From NCBI RefSeq assembly GCF_963921235.1, contig NC_086097.1, positions 188,172,001-188,236,000 on the forward strand: a stretch of DNA of 64,000 nt, given 5' to 3'. The notes under the pieces are model-generated. The model had not been told where the DNA came from and did not search any database. It saw only the letters and a list, made by a program, of their open reading frames with translations. Below, one piece after another: positions 23,560 to 35,154 of the stretch. Each line of letters starts with the position of its first letter. The stretch's first letter is position 1. A program made the position numbers and the translations under genes. Source of the DNA: Mobula hypostoma. Its lineage: Eukaryota.

Positions 23560-26500
23560 TACAAGGGTAGGTGATAGGTGAAACTGGGAGAGGGGGAGGG
23601 GTTGAAGTAAAGAGTTGGGAAATTAATTGGTGAAAGAGATAAAGGCTGGAGAAGGGAGAATGTGATAGGAGAGGATAGAAGAAAGGAAAGGAGGAAGTGC
23701 ACCAGAAGGAGATGATGGCAGGTAAGGACAGAAGGTCAGAGGGGGAAACAGGAATAAGGAATGGTGAAGGAGGGGTCGTGGGGCAATTACCTGAAGTTCG
23801 AGAAATTGATATCCATGTCATCAGTTTGGAGGCTACACCTACGGAATATAAGGTTTTGCTCCTCCAACCTGAGTGTGGCCTCATCACAGCAGCAGAGGAG
23901 GCCATGAGCTCTCATGTTGGAATAGGAATGGGAAATAGAATTGAAATGGGTGGCCACAAAGAGATCCCGCTTTTCCTGGCAGATGGAGCATAGGTGCTTG
24001 GTGAAGTGGTCTCCCAATCTACATCTGATCTCACTGATATACAAGAGGCCACACTAGAAGCACAGGACACAGTATATGACCTGAACAGACTGGCAGGTGA
24101 AGTGCCATTTCACCTGGAAGGACTGTTTTGGGCCCTGAATTGTAGTGAGTGAGGAGGTGTAGGGGCAGGTGTGGCACCTCTTCCGCTAGCAAGGATGCCA
24201 GGAGGAAGATCAATGGGGAGGGACGAGTGGAGAAGGGAGTCATGTAGGGAGTGATCCCTATGGAAAGTGGGGGTGGGGAGCGAGAGATGTGCTTGGTGGT
24301 GGGACCTTGTTAGAGATTATGGAAGTTATGGGGGGTTAGGTGCCAGATGTGGAGGCTGGTGGGATAGTAGGTGAGGATGAGAAGAACCCTATTCCTGGCG
24401 TGGCAGGAGGAAGGGATGAGGGCAGATGTGCGTGAAATGGAAGAGATGCACTTGAGGGCAGCATTGATGGTGGAAGAAGGGAAGCCCCTTTCTTTGAAGA
24501 AGGAGTGTTCTGAAATTTGTTCTGAAATGAAAAACCTCATCCTCATCAGTAGATTAGACTGCTTCCAAAGATGGAGACAGAGATCGAGAAAGAAGAGAGA
24601 GGTGTCTTAAATGGACCAAGTAATTTGAGGGCGGGGTTGAAATTGGATGCAAAGTCGATGAAGTCTACAAGCTAAGTATGGATTCAGGAAGCAGCACCAA
24701 TGTAGTCATCGATGTAACGTAGGAGAAGTTGGCAAGCGATGCTGGTGCAGAAGTGGAATATGGACTGTTTCATGTGGCTGACAAAAGGCTAGACAGAGCT
24801 GGGACCCAAGCAAGTGCCCATAGCTACACCTTTGGTTTGAGGGATGTGGGAGGAGCCAAAACAGAAATTATTGATGGTGAGGGCCTATTCTACCAGACAG
24901 GGGAGAATGGTGGTGAAAGGGAACTGGCTGGGTGTGTTGCCCAGAAACAAGTGAAAAGCTTTAAGGCTCTCCTGATGGGGAATGGAGGTGTATAGGGACC
25001 AGACATCCATAATGAAAATGAGATGACCATGGCCAGTGATCTTAAGATCATTGAAAAGATCAAGAGCTTGTGAAGTGTCATGGATATTGGTAGGAAGGGA
25101 CCGAACCGGGGGGTTAAAGCAGAGTCGAGGTATGCCAACGCATATTTGGTGGGGCAGAAACTGGCAGAGACAATGGGTCTAACTGGACAGGCAGATTTAT
25201 GGATCTTGGGTAGGAGGTAGAAATGAGAGGTGTGGGCTAAGGGAACTACGAGGTTGGTGGCAGCGGATGGGAGATCTTCAGGGTTGATAAGGTCAGTGAT
25301 AGTGCATATGACAATGGCCTGGTGCTCCTTAGTGGGGTCCTGTTCGAGGGGTAAGTAAGAGGAGGTGTCTGAAAGTTGCTGCCTGGCCTCAGCAAGGTAG
25401 AGGTCAGTCTGCCAGACTACTACAGCATGCCCCTTATCAGCGGGTTTGACGTTCAGGTTGGGATTAGTGCAGAGAGTGTGGAGAGCAGTGCGTTCAAAGG
25501 GATCGAGGTTAGAATTGGAGTGTTAAATTCGAGACAGTTGATATCTCATCAGCAGTTAGCAATAAAAAGATCCAGAACAGGCAGAAGACCAAAGCGGGGT
25601 GTCCATAAAGAGGAGGAGGGTTGAAGATAGGAAAGGGGGTCATCAGTGCCGACTGGGGAGGTCTTGCCAAAGAAGTAGGCACGGAGATGCTGGCGATGAA
25701 AGAAGAGCTCGGTGTCATGACGAGCATGGAACTCACTGAGGTTTGGGCGCAGGGGACAAAGGTAATCTCCTTACTGAAGGCAGAACGTTCTGCCTCAGAG
25801 AGGAGAAGGTGTCAGACTAAATAGTATATTCATACAATTCCTTTTATATTCTTCCAAAATGCTTCATGGTCAACATTATACTGTTGACAAATATGACAGC
25901 CAAGTTGAGCAAAGCACAAATAGAATAAATGAAAAATTAATCCACTTAAGCTCCTTTTGCAAATACTTTTCAGAGATTTTCTTTTTACCTCCCCAAACAG
26001 ACAGATAAAACATAAGTTCAGAAATACTGGAAGCCTCTACAGCTCTTTGTTCTTGTTCTACCACGAAGCTTCAACTTAAATTTTCTACTTTTGTTCCGTA
26101 CCCATAATACATTCACTTAATATAAAACTATAACCCAGAAATTTGAACATTTTATTTGACTGAGTATCTACATTTTACCCTGCTCTAGCATTGAAAATTT
26201 GCTTTCAAATTTTACTGTTAAATGTCCTATTGCTAGTTTAAGACTATACTCCTTATTTTTTCTATAGTCCAATCAGAAGAGCATAACAATTTTTGAAAGT
26301 CATTTTATTGACTTTAATGAATACATGCAAAGCAATTTTCATGTACAAACTTTGTACTTCAATCTATTACTCTCTGTCATCCTAAATTCAGTCCTTCCAA
26401 TAACACAGAATGTAGTATTGCACAAATATTTCAGCCTTTTGTGCTCACATCCTGAAGCAGAGACAGAATTGGTGATTGACTGCCAAAGAAGAAGAAGATC

Positions 26501-28054
26501 TCTATTGAAACTACGTTGATCATTTATGCTAAATTATTACAAAAATATAATTTGGGTTCCTGGACTATGTTCTGGCTAACTGAATTGTGGCTGAAGGTTT
26601 TGAACAGATGTACTTTCACTCATTAGGAGTTAGATTCTGATTTGTAATTGGATTCTTTGAGGAACTTTATTATCTTCAAATTGAATTTATCATACTTAAG
26701 TAGATGCCAATGGCTATTATGATGTTTAAGCAGAATGCCAATATTTTGCATAACATCAGAAACAACAATGATCATCAACAGTCTGGGCTATATGAACAAA
26801 ATAAAATACTTAATGAACCATTGCTTTTGGATACCTCTTCATCTGGAAACTGAATGATACCAATTTTCTTTGTAGCAGCCAACTGACTGCCTGAATAAAA
26901 ACAAAAATAATACCATTTCTGACCTGGATTAACTGATTTAAGCTCCTGAAGGGGATTCACTCGCCTCAGCACTGACCTGGCCCTGCGGTTGTGGACCCAT
27001 TTTCAGGGACTCTGCAGTTTATGTTCCATGTATTTTGTCTACTTTTATTTACTGTTTGCACAATTTGTTCTCATTTGCACATTGTATATGTGGCGGTCTT
27101 TGTTGTGTGTGGTTGTTCCATGAAATCTATTATGATTCTTTGTTTAGTGAGTGCCTGCAAGAAGATGATTCTCAAGGTTGTAGATAGTATGGTGGTGTGG
27201 TTGTCCATCGTGTCCGACGATGACAAGAGACCTGTGTGGGAGAGATTTAAAAGTGAAAAAGCCATTGCACTGGGGCATTTCCACTCTCTCGACCTCAGAA
27301 ATTTGGGTCTTGCACTTTGAACATTGATTTTCAACTACTTTCAATTCTACTTCTCTTATCAAAGTGAAAACTTCAGAATATAAAGCAAAACATTTGATAT
27401 TGCATGGGGCTCAGGGGCTTGGTCCTATAATGTGAACCTAGAATGTCGATCTATAGCATTGGACAGACAGATACTTGCACACTAATACACCTTCCACCTC
27501 TAGATTTCAATATACCTTGGTAGGTTTCATTGAATCACCATCAATGCTACGGATGTTCCTAACTAAATAGAAATTATATGGTTATCCAGTTTTCTTTATT
27601 TTAACATAAGATTTGAAGATTGCTAGTGATTTTTAATTTAGATCATAATGATGAAATACTCACGAGTCCTGTGATGTGGAACGTTCCAGGATATTGTCCT
27701 TGTGGGAATGTAATATTTCCAAGTCAGACTGGTATATCACTTGGAGAGGAATTTTTAGATGGCAGTGTTGTTATGTGCTTATTTATTGGGTGGTTGGGTG
27801 GTAAAGGGAATAGTTTAGGCCAATACTTCTGAAGAAGTCTTGGCACCTTGTTGCAATACTTCTATTGGATGGTGTACATTCTAGCTATGCTGCACCAGGA
27901 TGAAAGGAATATATGTTTAAGACAGCAAATAGTACTGGATGTGGCCATGAATCTAACTGTTAATGGAGCTTCACCTTGATAGGCATCACACACTTCAATT
28001 GAGGTGTGTTGGTAATGGAAGGTCTTCAGGTAGTCAGGAGGTTGATATTGCATT

Positions 28055-28353
28055 GGCGCGTGGCCAAGTGTTTAAGGCGTTCGTCTAGTGATTTGAAGGT
28101 CACTAATTCAAGCCTTGACTGAGGCAGCGTGTGTGTCCTTGAGCAAGGCACTTAACCACACATTGCTCTGTGATGACACCAGTGCCAAGCTGTATGAGTC
28201 CTGATCCCCTTCCCTTGGACAACTTTGGTGGCGTGGAGAGGGGAGACTTGCAGCATGGGCAACTGCTGGTCTTCCATACAACCTTGCCCAGGCCTGCGCC
28301 CAGGAAACCTTCCAAGGTGCAAATCCATGTTCTCATGAGACTAATGGATGCTA
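28055..28353 (+). mobile_element. tRNA-derived SINE
   Basis: A-box TGGCCAAGTG, decayed B-box ATTCAAGCC, central GTGTCCTTGAGCAAGGCACTTAAC; 3' part homologous to 29473-29665. Confidence 0.75.
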
Positions 28354-29279
28354 TTTTGTTCACATTTGAGCCAACCTGTCACAAAGTCTGGAACTGATTT
28401 CTCCTGGTGGAACCCAAACTCGGCATCAGTTAGCAAATTGAAAGCCCCATCACTGACGCATTCTATTCTTTTGCTAGTAACAGGAACTGATACAATGGTA
28501 ATTAGCTCAGTTGAATCTATATTGTGGTTAGGGCACAACTTGGTAATTTCTTCTTTGATAGAAGGCACTGGGAGAACCTGGCTATGGGAACAAATGTATT
28601 CAGGGAACTGCATAATGGAAATGTGGAGGTTGTTTAGGCAGGACTTGTCTGGGGTTCTCGATAGGTTTGTTCCATTGAGGCAGGGAAAGGATGGTAGGGT
28701 GAAGGAATCATGGTTGACAAACAATATGGAACATCTAGTCAAGAGGAAGAAAGAAGCATACTTAAGGTTTAGGAAGTAAGGATCAGACCGGGCTCTAGAG
28801 AGTTACAAAGTAGCCAGGAATGACTTTAAGAATGGGTGTTCTACATGTATGTGAAGAACAGGAAGATGACTAGACTGAGGATGAGACCAATCAGGGATAA
28901 AAGAAGAAATGTGCTTGGAATCAGAGGAGGTAGGGGATGTCATTAATGGATACCTTGGTTCAGTATTCACCAGTGAGATCGAGTTTGATGTATGTGAGGA
29001 CCGTGTAAAATAGGATGATATGCTGGAACAGATGAGGTTGAGAAATAGAATGTGCTGGAATCTTTGAAAAACATTAGGATAGATAAGTCCCTGAGTCTGG
29101 ATGGGACATAACCCCGACTACTACAGGAAGTGAGGGAAGAAGTTGCTGTGCCTTTGGCATCAACCTTTGCATCCTCACTGACCACAGGCATAGTGCCAGA
29201 AGATTGGAGGGTGGCAAATGTTATTCCTTTATTCAAGTAATATAATAGGGATAATCCTGGGAATTATAGACCAGTGAGT

Positions 29280-29677
29280 ATTCGAGCAGGTGGAGTTCAT
29301 CAGCCTTGTATGGTAACCCACCTAGGAGAAAAAAAATACTGATTTTTAATCTCCACTGTCTAGTGGCCATACCTACCCATGAGAAAGACTTCGGGAGTAA
29401 ACCCCAAGGAAGAAGTCCGGAGCCGGGATCCCTAACGCAGTTTGATGTTGTTTACATCTTCACTCTGGCATCCTCTGCAACGACACTGGTGCCAAGTTGT
29501 ATTGGCACTTGTCCGTCCCTTGGACTGCATCAGTGACGTGGGGTGGGGGAGAATCCACTGCATGGGCAACATTTGAAGGTTCTTCAAACCTTTAATCCCA
29601 GGCTTGCACCCTGGAGGGGACACAGTCCACCAGAGACGCAAACCCTGGGATTGACAGCTGCCTACTACTACTACTAC
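29280..29677 (+). mobile_element. Non-coding retroposon with (CTA)n tail, probably an RTE-type non-autonomous element
   Basis: TSD tgagt (29275-29279 / 29678-29682); (CTA)n tail; related - strand copy at about 42655-42830. RTE assignment is inference. Confidence 0.55.
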
Positions 29678-29789
29678 TGAGTTTTACATATGTGGCAGGC
29701 AAACTTTTGAAGAGGATTCTTAGAGACTGAATCTATGAGCATTTGGAGAAACATAGTCTGATAGTCATCATGGCTTTGTAAGAGGCAGG

Positions 29790-30175
29790 TCAAAAGTTCA
29801 AAGTAAATTTATTATCAAAGTACATACAGTATATGTCACCATATATTGTACTACCTTGAAATTCATTTTTTGCAGGCATTCACAGTAGAATGGACAAATA
29901 GAACAGAATCAATAAAAAAACTACACACCAAGACTGTCAAACAACCAATGTGGAAGAGGAGACAAACTGTGCAAATAAGATAATTAAATAGATAATACTG
30001 AGAACATGAGTTGTAGAGTCCTAGCAAATGAGTCCATAGGTTGTGGACTCAGTTCAGAGTGGAGCTGAGTGAAGCTATTCATGCTGGTTCAGAAGCCTGA
30101 CAGTTGAAGGACAATAACTGTTCCTGACCATGACAGTGTGTAACCTAAGGCCCCTGTACCTCCTTCCCAATGCTT
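29790..30175 (-). mobile_element. Rex/Babar-like 3' fragment
   Basis: Tandem tail tcaaaagttcaaag; ends in sequence homologous to the Rex C-terminus (gtacctccttcc on +). Confidence 0.55.
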
Positions 30176-30339
30176 CGTAAGCCGGAATGAATTTTTTGAA
30201 AATGTGACAAGACAAAGGCATGAAGGTAAAGCAATGGATGAGTTTATATATATTTTAGTATGGCATTTGACAGGGTTTCCCGTAGTATGCTTATTCAGAA
30301 AATTAGGATGTACAGGATCCAGTGAAACTTGATGCATGG

Positions 30340-32770
30340 AAGCCCATTCTGTAAAAGGACTGGATGGTTTGGAGTTTGTCAAATGTGTGCAAGATAGTTT
30401 TTCGCAGCAATACATAGAGGTACCAACTAGAGAAGGGGCAGTGTTGGATCTCCTGTTAGGGAATAAGATAGGTCAGGTGATGGAGGTATGTGTTGGGGAG
30501 CACTTCGGGTCCAGTGATCACAATACCATTAGTTACAATATAATTATGGAGAAGGATAGGACTGGACCCAGGGTTGAGATTTTTGATTGGAGAAAGGCTA
30601 ACTTTGAGGAGAAGCGAAAGGATTTAGAAGGAGTGGATTGGGAAAATTTGTTTTATGGGACGGATGTAATAGAGAAATTGAGGTCATTTAAAGGTGAAAT
30701 TTTGAGTGTACAGAAACTTTATGTTCCTGTTAGGTTGAAAGGAAAGGTTAAAAGTTTAAGAGAGCCATGGTTTTCAAGGGATATGGGAAACTTAGTTCAG
30801 AAAAAGAGAGAGATCTACAATAAATATAGGCAGCTTAGAGTAAATGAGGTGATCGAGGAATATAAAGAATGTAAAAAGAATCTTAAGAAAGAAATTAGGC
30901 AAGCTAAATGATATGAGGTTGCTTTGGCAAGTAAGGTGAAAATAAGTCCCGAGGGTTTCTACAGTTATATTAATAGCAAAAGGATAGAGGGATAAAATTG
31001 ATCCCTTAGAGAACCAGAGTGGACGGCTATGTGTGGAGCCAAAAGAGATGGGAGAGATTTTGAACAATTTCTTTTCTTCGGTATTCACTAAGGAGAAGAA
31101 TATTGAATTGTGTAAGGTAAGGGAAACAAGTAGGGTAGTTATAGAAACTATGATGATTAAAGAAGAGGAAGTACTGGCACTTTTAAGGAATATAAAAGTG
31201 AATAAGTCTCCGGGTCCTGACAGGATATTCCCTAGGACCTTGAGGGAAGTTAGTGTGGAAATAGCAGGGGCTCTGACGGACATATTTCAAATGTCATTAG
31301 AAACGGAGATGGTGCCAGAGGATTGGCGTATTGCTCATGTGGTTCCATTGTTTAAAAAGGGTTCCAAGAGTAAACCTAGCAATTATCGGCCTGTGAGTTT
31401 GACGTCAGTGGTAGGTCAGTTGATGGGAAGTATTCTTAGAGATGGTATATATAATTGTCTGGATGGACAGGGTCTGATTAGAAACAGTCAACATGGATTT
31501 GTGTGTGTAAGGTCATGTTTGACAAATCTTATTGAATTTTTTGAAGAGGTTACTAGGAAAGTTGACGAGGGTAAAGTGGTGGATGTTGTCTATATGGACT
31601 TCAGTAAGGCTTTTGACAAGGTTCCACACGGAAGGTTAGTTAGGAAGGTTCAATCGTTAGGTATTAATATTGAAGTAGTAAAATGGATTCAGCAGTGGCT
31701 GGATGGGAGACGCCAGAGAGTAGTGGTGGATAACTGTTTGTCAGATTGGAGGCCGGTGACTAGTGGTGTGCCTCAGGGATCTGTACTGGGTCCAATGTTC
31801 TTTGTCATATATATTAATAATCTGGATGATGGGGTGGTAAATTGGATTAGTATGTATGCAGATGATACTAAGATAGGTGGAGTTGTGGATAATGAAGTAG
31901 GTTTTCAAAGCTTGCAGAGAGATTTAGGCAAGTTAGAAGAGTGTGCTGAAAGATGGCAGATGGAGTTTAATGCTGATAAATGTGAGGTGCTACATTTTGG
32001 TAGGACTAATCAAAATAGGACATACATGGTAAATGGTAGAGCATTGAAGAATGCAGTAGAACAGAGGGATCTAGGAATAATGGTGCTATGTTCCCTGAAG
32101 GTGGAATCTCATGTGGATAGGGTGGTGAAGAAAGCTTTTGGTATGCTGGCCTTTATAAATCAGAGCATTGAGTATAGGAGTTGGGGTGTAATGTTGAAAT
32201 TGTACAAGGCATTGGTAAGGCCAAACTTGGCATATTGCATACAGTTCTGGTCACCGAATTATAGGAAAGGTGTCAACAAAATTGAGAGAGTACAGAGAAG
32301 ATTTACTGGAATGTTACCTGGGTTTCATCTCCTAAGTTACAGAGAAAGCTTGAACAAGTTGAGTCTTTATTCTTTGGAGCATAGAAGGTTGAGGGGGGAC
32401 TTGATAGAGGTATTTAAAATTATGAGGGGGATAGATAGAGTTGACGTGGATAGGCTTTTTCCATTGAGAGTGGGGGAGATTCAAACAAGAGGACATGAGC
32501 TGAAAGTTAAAGGGCAAAAGTATAGGGGTAACATGAGGGGGAACTTCTTTACTCAGAGAGTGGTAGCTGTGTGGAACAAGCTTCCAGCAGAAGTGGTTGA
32601 GGCAGGTTCGATGTTGTCATTTGGTTAAATTGAATAGCTATATGGACAGGAGAGGAATGGAGGATTATGGGCTGAGTGCAGGTCGGTGGGACTAGGTGAG
32701 AGTAAGAGTTCGGCATGGACTAGAAGGGCTGAGATGGCCTGTTTCCGTGCTGTAATTGTTATATGGTTAT
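30340..32770 (+). mobile_element. Young 5'-truncated CR1 LINE with a nearly intact ORF2 (partial endonuclease + 531-aa RT ORF)
   Basis: AVLDLLLGN...GSSDHN; KSPGPDRIFPR, NYRPVSLTS, QHGF, YMDFSKAFDKVPH, GVPQGSVLGP, YADDTK; (TTATATGG)-type tail. Confidence 0.95.
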
Positions 32771-32883
32771 ATTCACAATTGACTTGCCTACACAGAGGAT
32801 GGTGGTAGATGGAGTGTTTTCTGCATGGAGGTCAGAGACCAGTCAGGGATCTGTTCTGCAATCCTTGCTTTTTGTGATTTTTA

Positions 32884-33567
32884 TGTAGCCCCCTTGGCCA
32901 GCCTCAGGGTCGCTCAGCTCACTGTCATCTAGGGAAACAGCCCTTGGCCCCGCCAAACTGGGTAATAGTTTGTGTGAATGCTGTGTGATGTACCCCACCC
33001 CACCCAAATAACAGACAATACACCAGATACAATTAAATGATTCACAGTTTATAGATATTACTGGAAATATATAATTAATAGAGAACAAAATATAAAAGGA
33101 AAATAAAAGGTGCCACACTTTTCAAAGTTCAATCTCTTCGTGCACAAACAGTTAGAGCTCAGGACCCTCCTTCTTCACCCTGCGACCCCTCGGACCACCT
33201 TGACCTGCCGCCTGGGACCAACGGTGGTCGACCAGATGCTCCACAAGAGTCCGTCTCCGTCTCCTCTCCTTGCTGAACACCCTGCTCGGGTCTGACACCG
33301 TTAGCAGACTCACAGCACCTAGTCCATCCTCTGTCTGTCTCTCTCCTGCCTTCTCCCCCAAAATCCTGCGCATACAATATCTTACAGACACACAAAAAGC
33401 ATAACAACTATCCCAATTGGTTCGTAACATCTTATCAGTAACGTGACCCAAACAAACTGCTAGCGGGAGGACTTTCTCAGCAGTTAACATAAAGAAGCCC
33501 TTTCAATTATAACATAACAAAGAAGCCATTTTACTTAGACTACGCAGTGACAAAAAAAACCCTTACA
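32884..33567. mobile_element. Solo LTR, 684 bp
   Basis: TGTA...TACA ends; 4-bp TSD ttta (32880-32883 / 33568-33571); the host CR1 rejoins across it. Confidence 0.85.
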
Positions 33568-35154
33568 TTTACAAATGGCTTAGATGAGGAAACAGAAGGG
33601 GGATGGGTTAGTAAGTTTGCAAATGACATGATGGTTGGTAATGTTGTGAATAGTGTAGAAGGTTGTCTAAGGTTACAGTGGTTAATTAATGGGATGTAGA
33701 GCTTGAATGAGAAATAGCAGATGGAGTTCAGTCCAGAAAAGTTGGAAGTGATACACTTTGGAAAGTTGAACATGAAAGCAGAGCACAGGGTTAATGGCAG
33801 GATTCTTAACATTGGGGATGAACAGAGGGATTTAGGTGTCTACATCCATGTATCCCTCAAAGCTGACATGCAAGTTGTTAGAGTGGTTAAGAAGGCATAT
33901 GATGTATTGACTTTCCTTAGTCAGGGGATAGAGTTAATGTTGCAGCTCTATAAAACTCTGGTGTGACTACTTTTGGAGCACTGTGTTCAGTTCTGATCAC
34001 CTCGTTATTGGAAGGATGTAGAAGCATCAGAGAGGGTGCAGAGAAGATTTACCAGTAAGCTGCCTGAATTATAGACCCTGTCTTATGAGTATAGATAGAG
34101 TAAACTAAGGCTTTTCTCTTTGGAGCGAAGGAGGGTGGGAGGTAAGTTGTTCAAGGTGCATAAAATGATAAGAGGCATGGATAGAGTGAACAGCCAGAGA
34201 CTTTTTCCCAGGGTGTCAATGGCTAATGTGAGGGGGATCATTTTAAGGAGATTGGAGGAAAGTATAGAATGGTGGAGGTAAGTTTTCTGACACAAAAGGT
34301 GGTGGGTGCATGGAACGTACTTCTAGAGGTGGTGGTAGAGGCAGACACATTCAGGTCATTTTAAATACTTAGATAGGCATATGGATGAAAGAAAAGTGAG
34401 GACTATGTGGGAGAATAGTTAGATTGATCTTAGAGTAGGTTAATAGGACAGCACAATATTGTGGGCCTAAAAGCCTGTACTATGCTGTAATGTTCTATGT
34501 TTTATGGTGTGGCAAATTCAAGATCACACAGGTTTTCAACACTTACCTGTTTCAGGATGAATTGACTGAGGATTTGTATCTGTGATTGTGAAGACTTGAG
34601 GAGGAGATCCTACAATATGGGAACAATTTAATCGCATTATGTGTTAACATTTAGATAGGGGATATTGCTGTTTGGTAAATGAATGAGTTGAATATATGTT
34701 AAAATATCAAAATTGGGAATCTTTTCTTCAAAGTAATAAATAGATTTAAATGATTACCCAAAACCCCAGGTGATATTGATGTCTGTATTGCTCACGACTA
34801 TCTCCCAATGCAGGTTTTATCCAGGTTTTCTTCAGCGCATTTTATTCTGTTGGCTAGTTGACACTTGTGCTACCTGACTTATTTGGAATAAATATCTGCC
34901 TAAGGAGTCAGAGAATTGGGCAGCTCTAGGATGAACAAGCTTTAATTAGTCACAATATAGCAATTCAGTATACCTGATGTTGCCTTGAGAAAATATTATG
35001 TGTTATAAGACAGAAGAGATTCTGCAGATGCTGGAAATCCAAAACAAACAAACAAACAAACAAAAACACAAACACACACACACACACGAAAGAACTCAGC
35101 AGGCCAGGCAGCATCAATGGAAATGAATATACAGTCAACATCTCAGGCTGAGAC

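Larger units (their letters stand above)
19260..25822 (-). mobile_element. Long decayed Penelope-like element (RT + GIY-YIG), split by a CR1 at 19449-23559
   Basis: RT motifs on the - strand (MDVWSLYTSIPH near 25000; LRYIDDYIGAAS near 24700); GIY-YIG remnant YISEIRCRLGDHFTKHL; terminal repeat with decayed hammerhead at 19260-19400 continues at 23560. Confidence 0.85.
28565..34505 (+). mobile_element. Old decayed CR1 LINE carrying four nested insertions
   Basis: Colinear CR1 ORF2 remnants at 28565-29279, 29683-29790, 30176-30339, 32771-32883 and 33572-34505; tail tgttctatgttttatg. Confidence 0.85.

Noticed and set aside
25876..26064. Possible exon on either strand
   Set aside because: The strong + acceptor at about 26000 leads to stops without a donor; the - frame lacks a credible acceptor.
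28055..28135. tRNA gene (also 3731-3797 and 59417-59495)
   Set aside because: Degenerate A/B boxes, no complete cloverleaf, and two of the three run into SINE bodies.
31033..32628. 531-aa ORF as a host or domesticated gene
   Set aside because: Ordinary CR1 ORF2 with upstream lesions, an altered C-terminus and a LINE tail.
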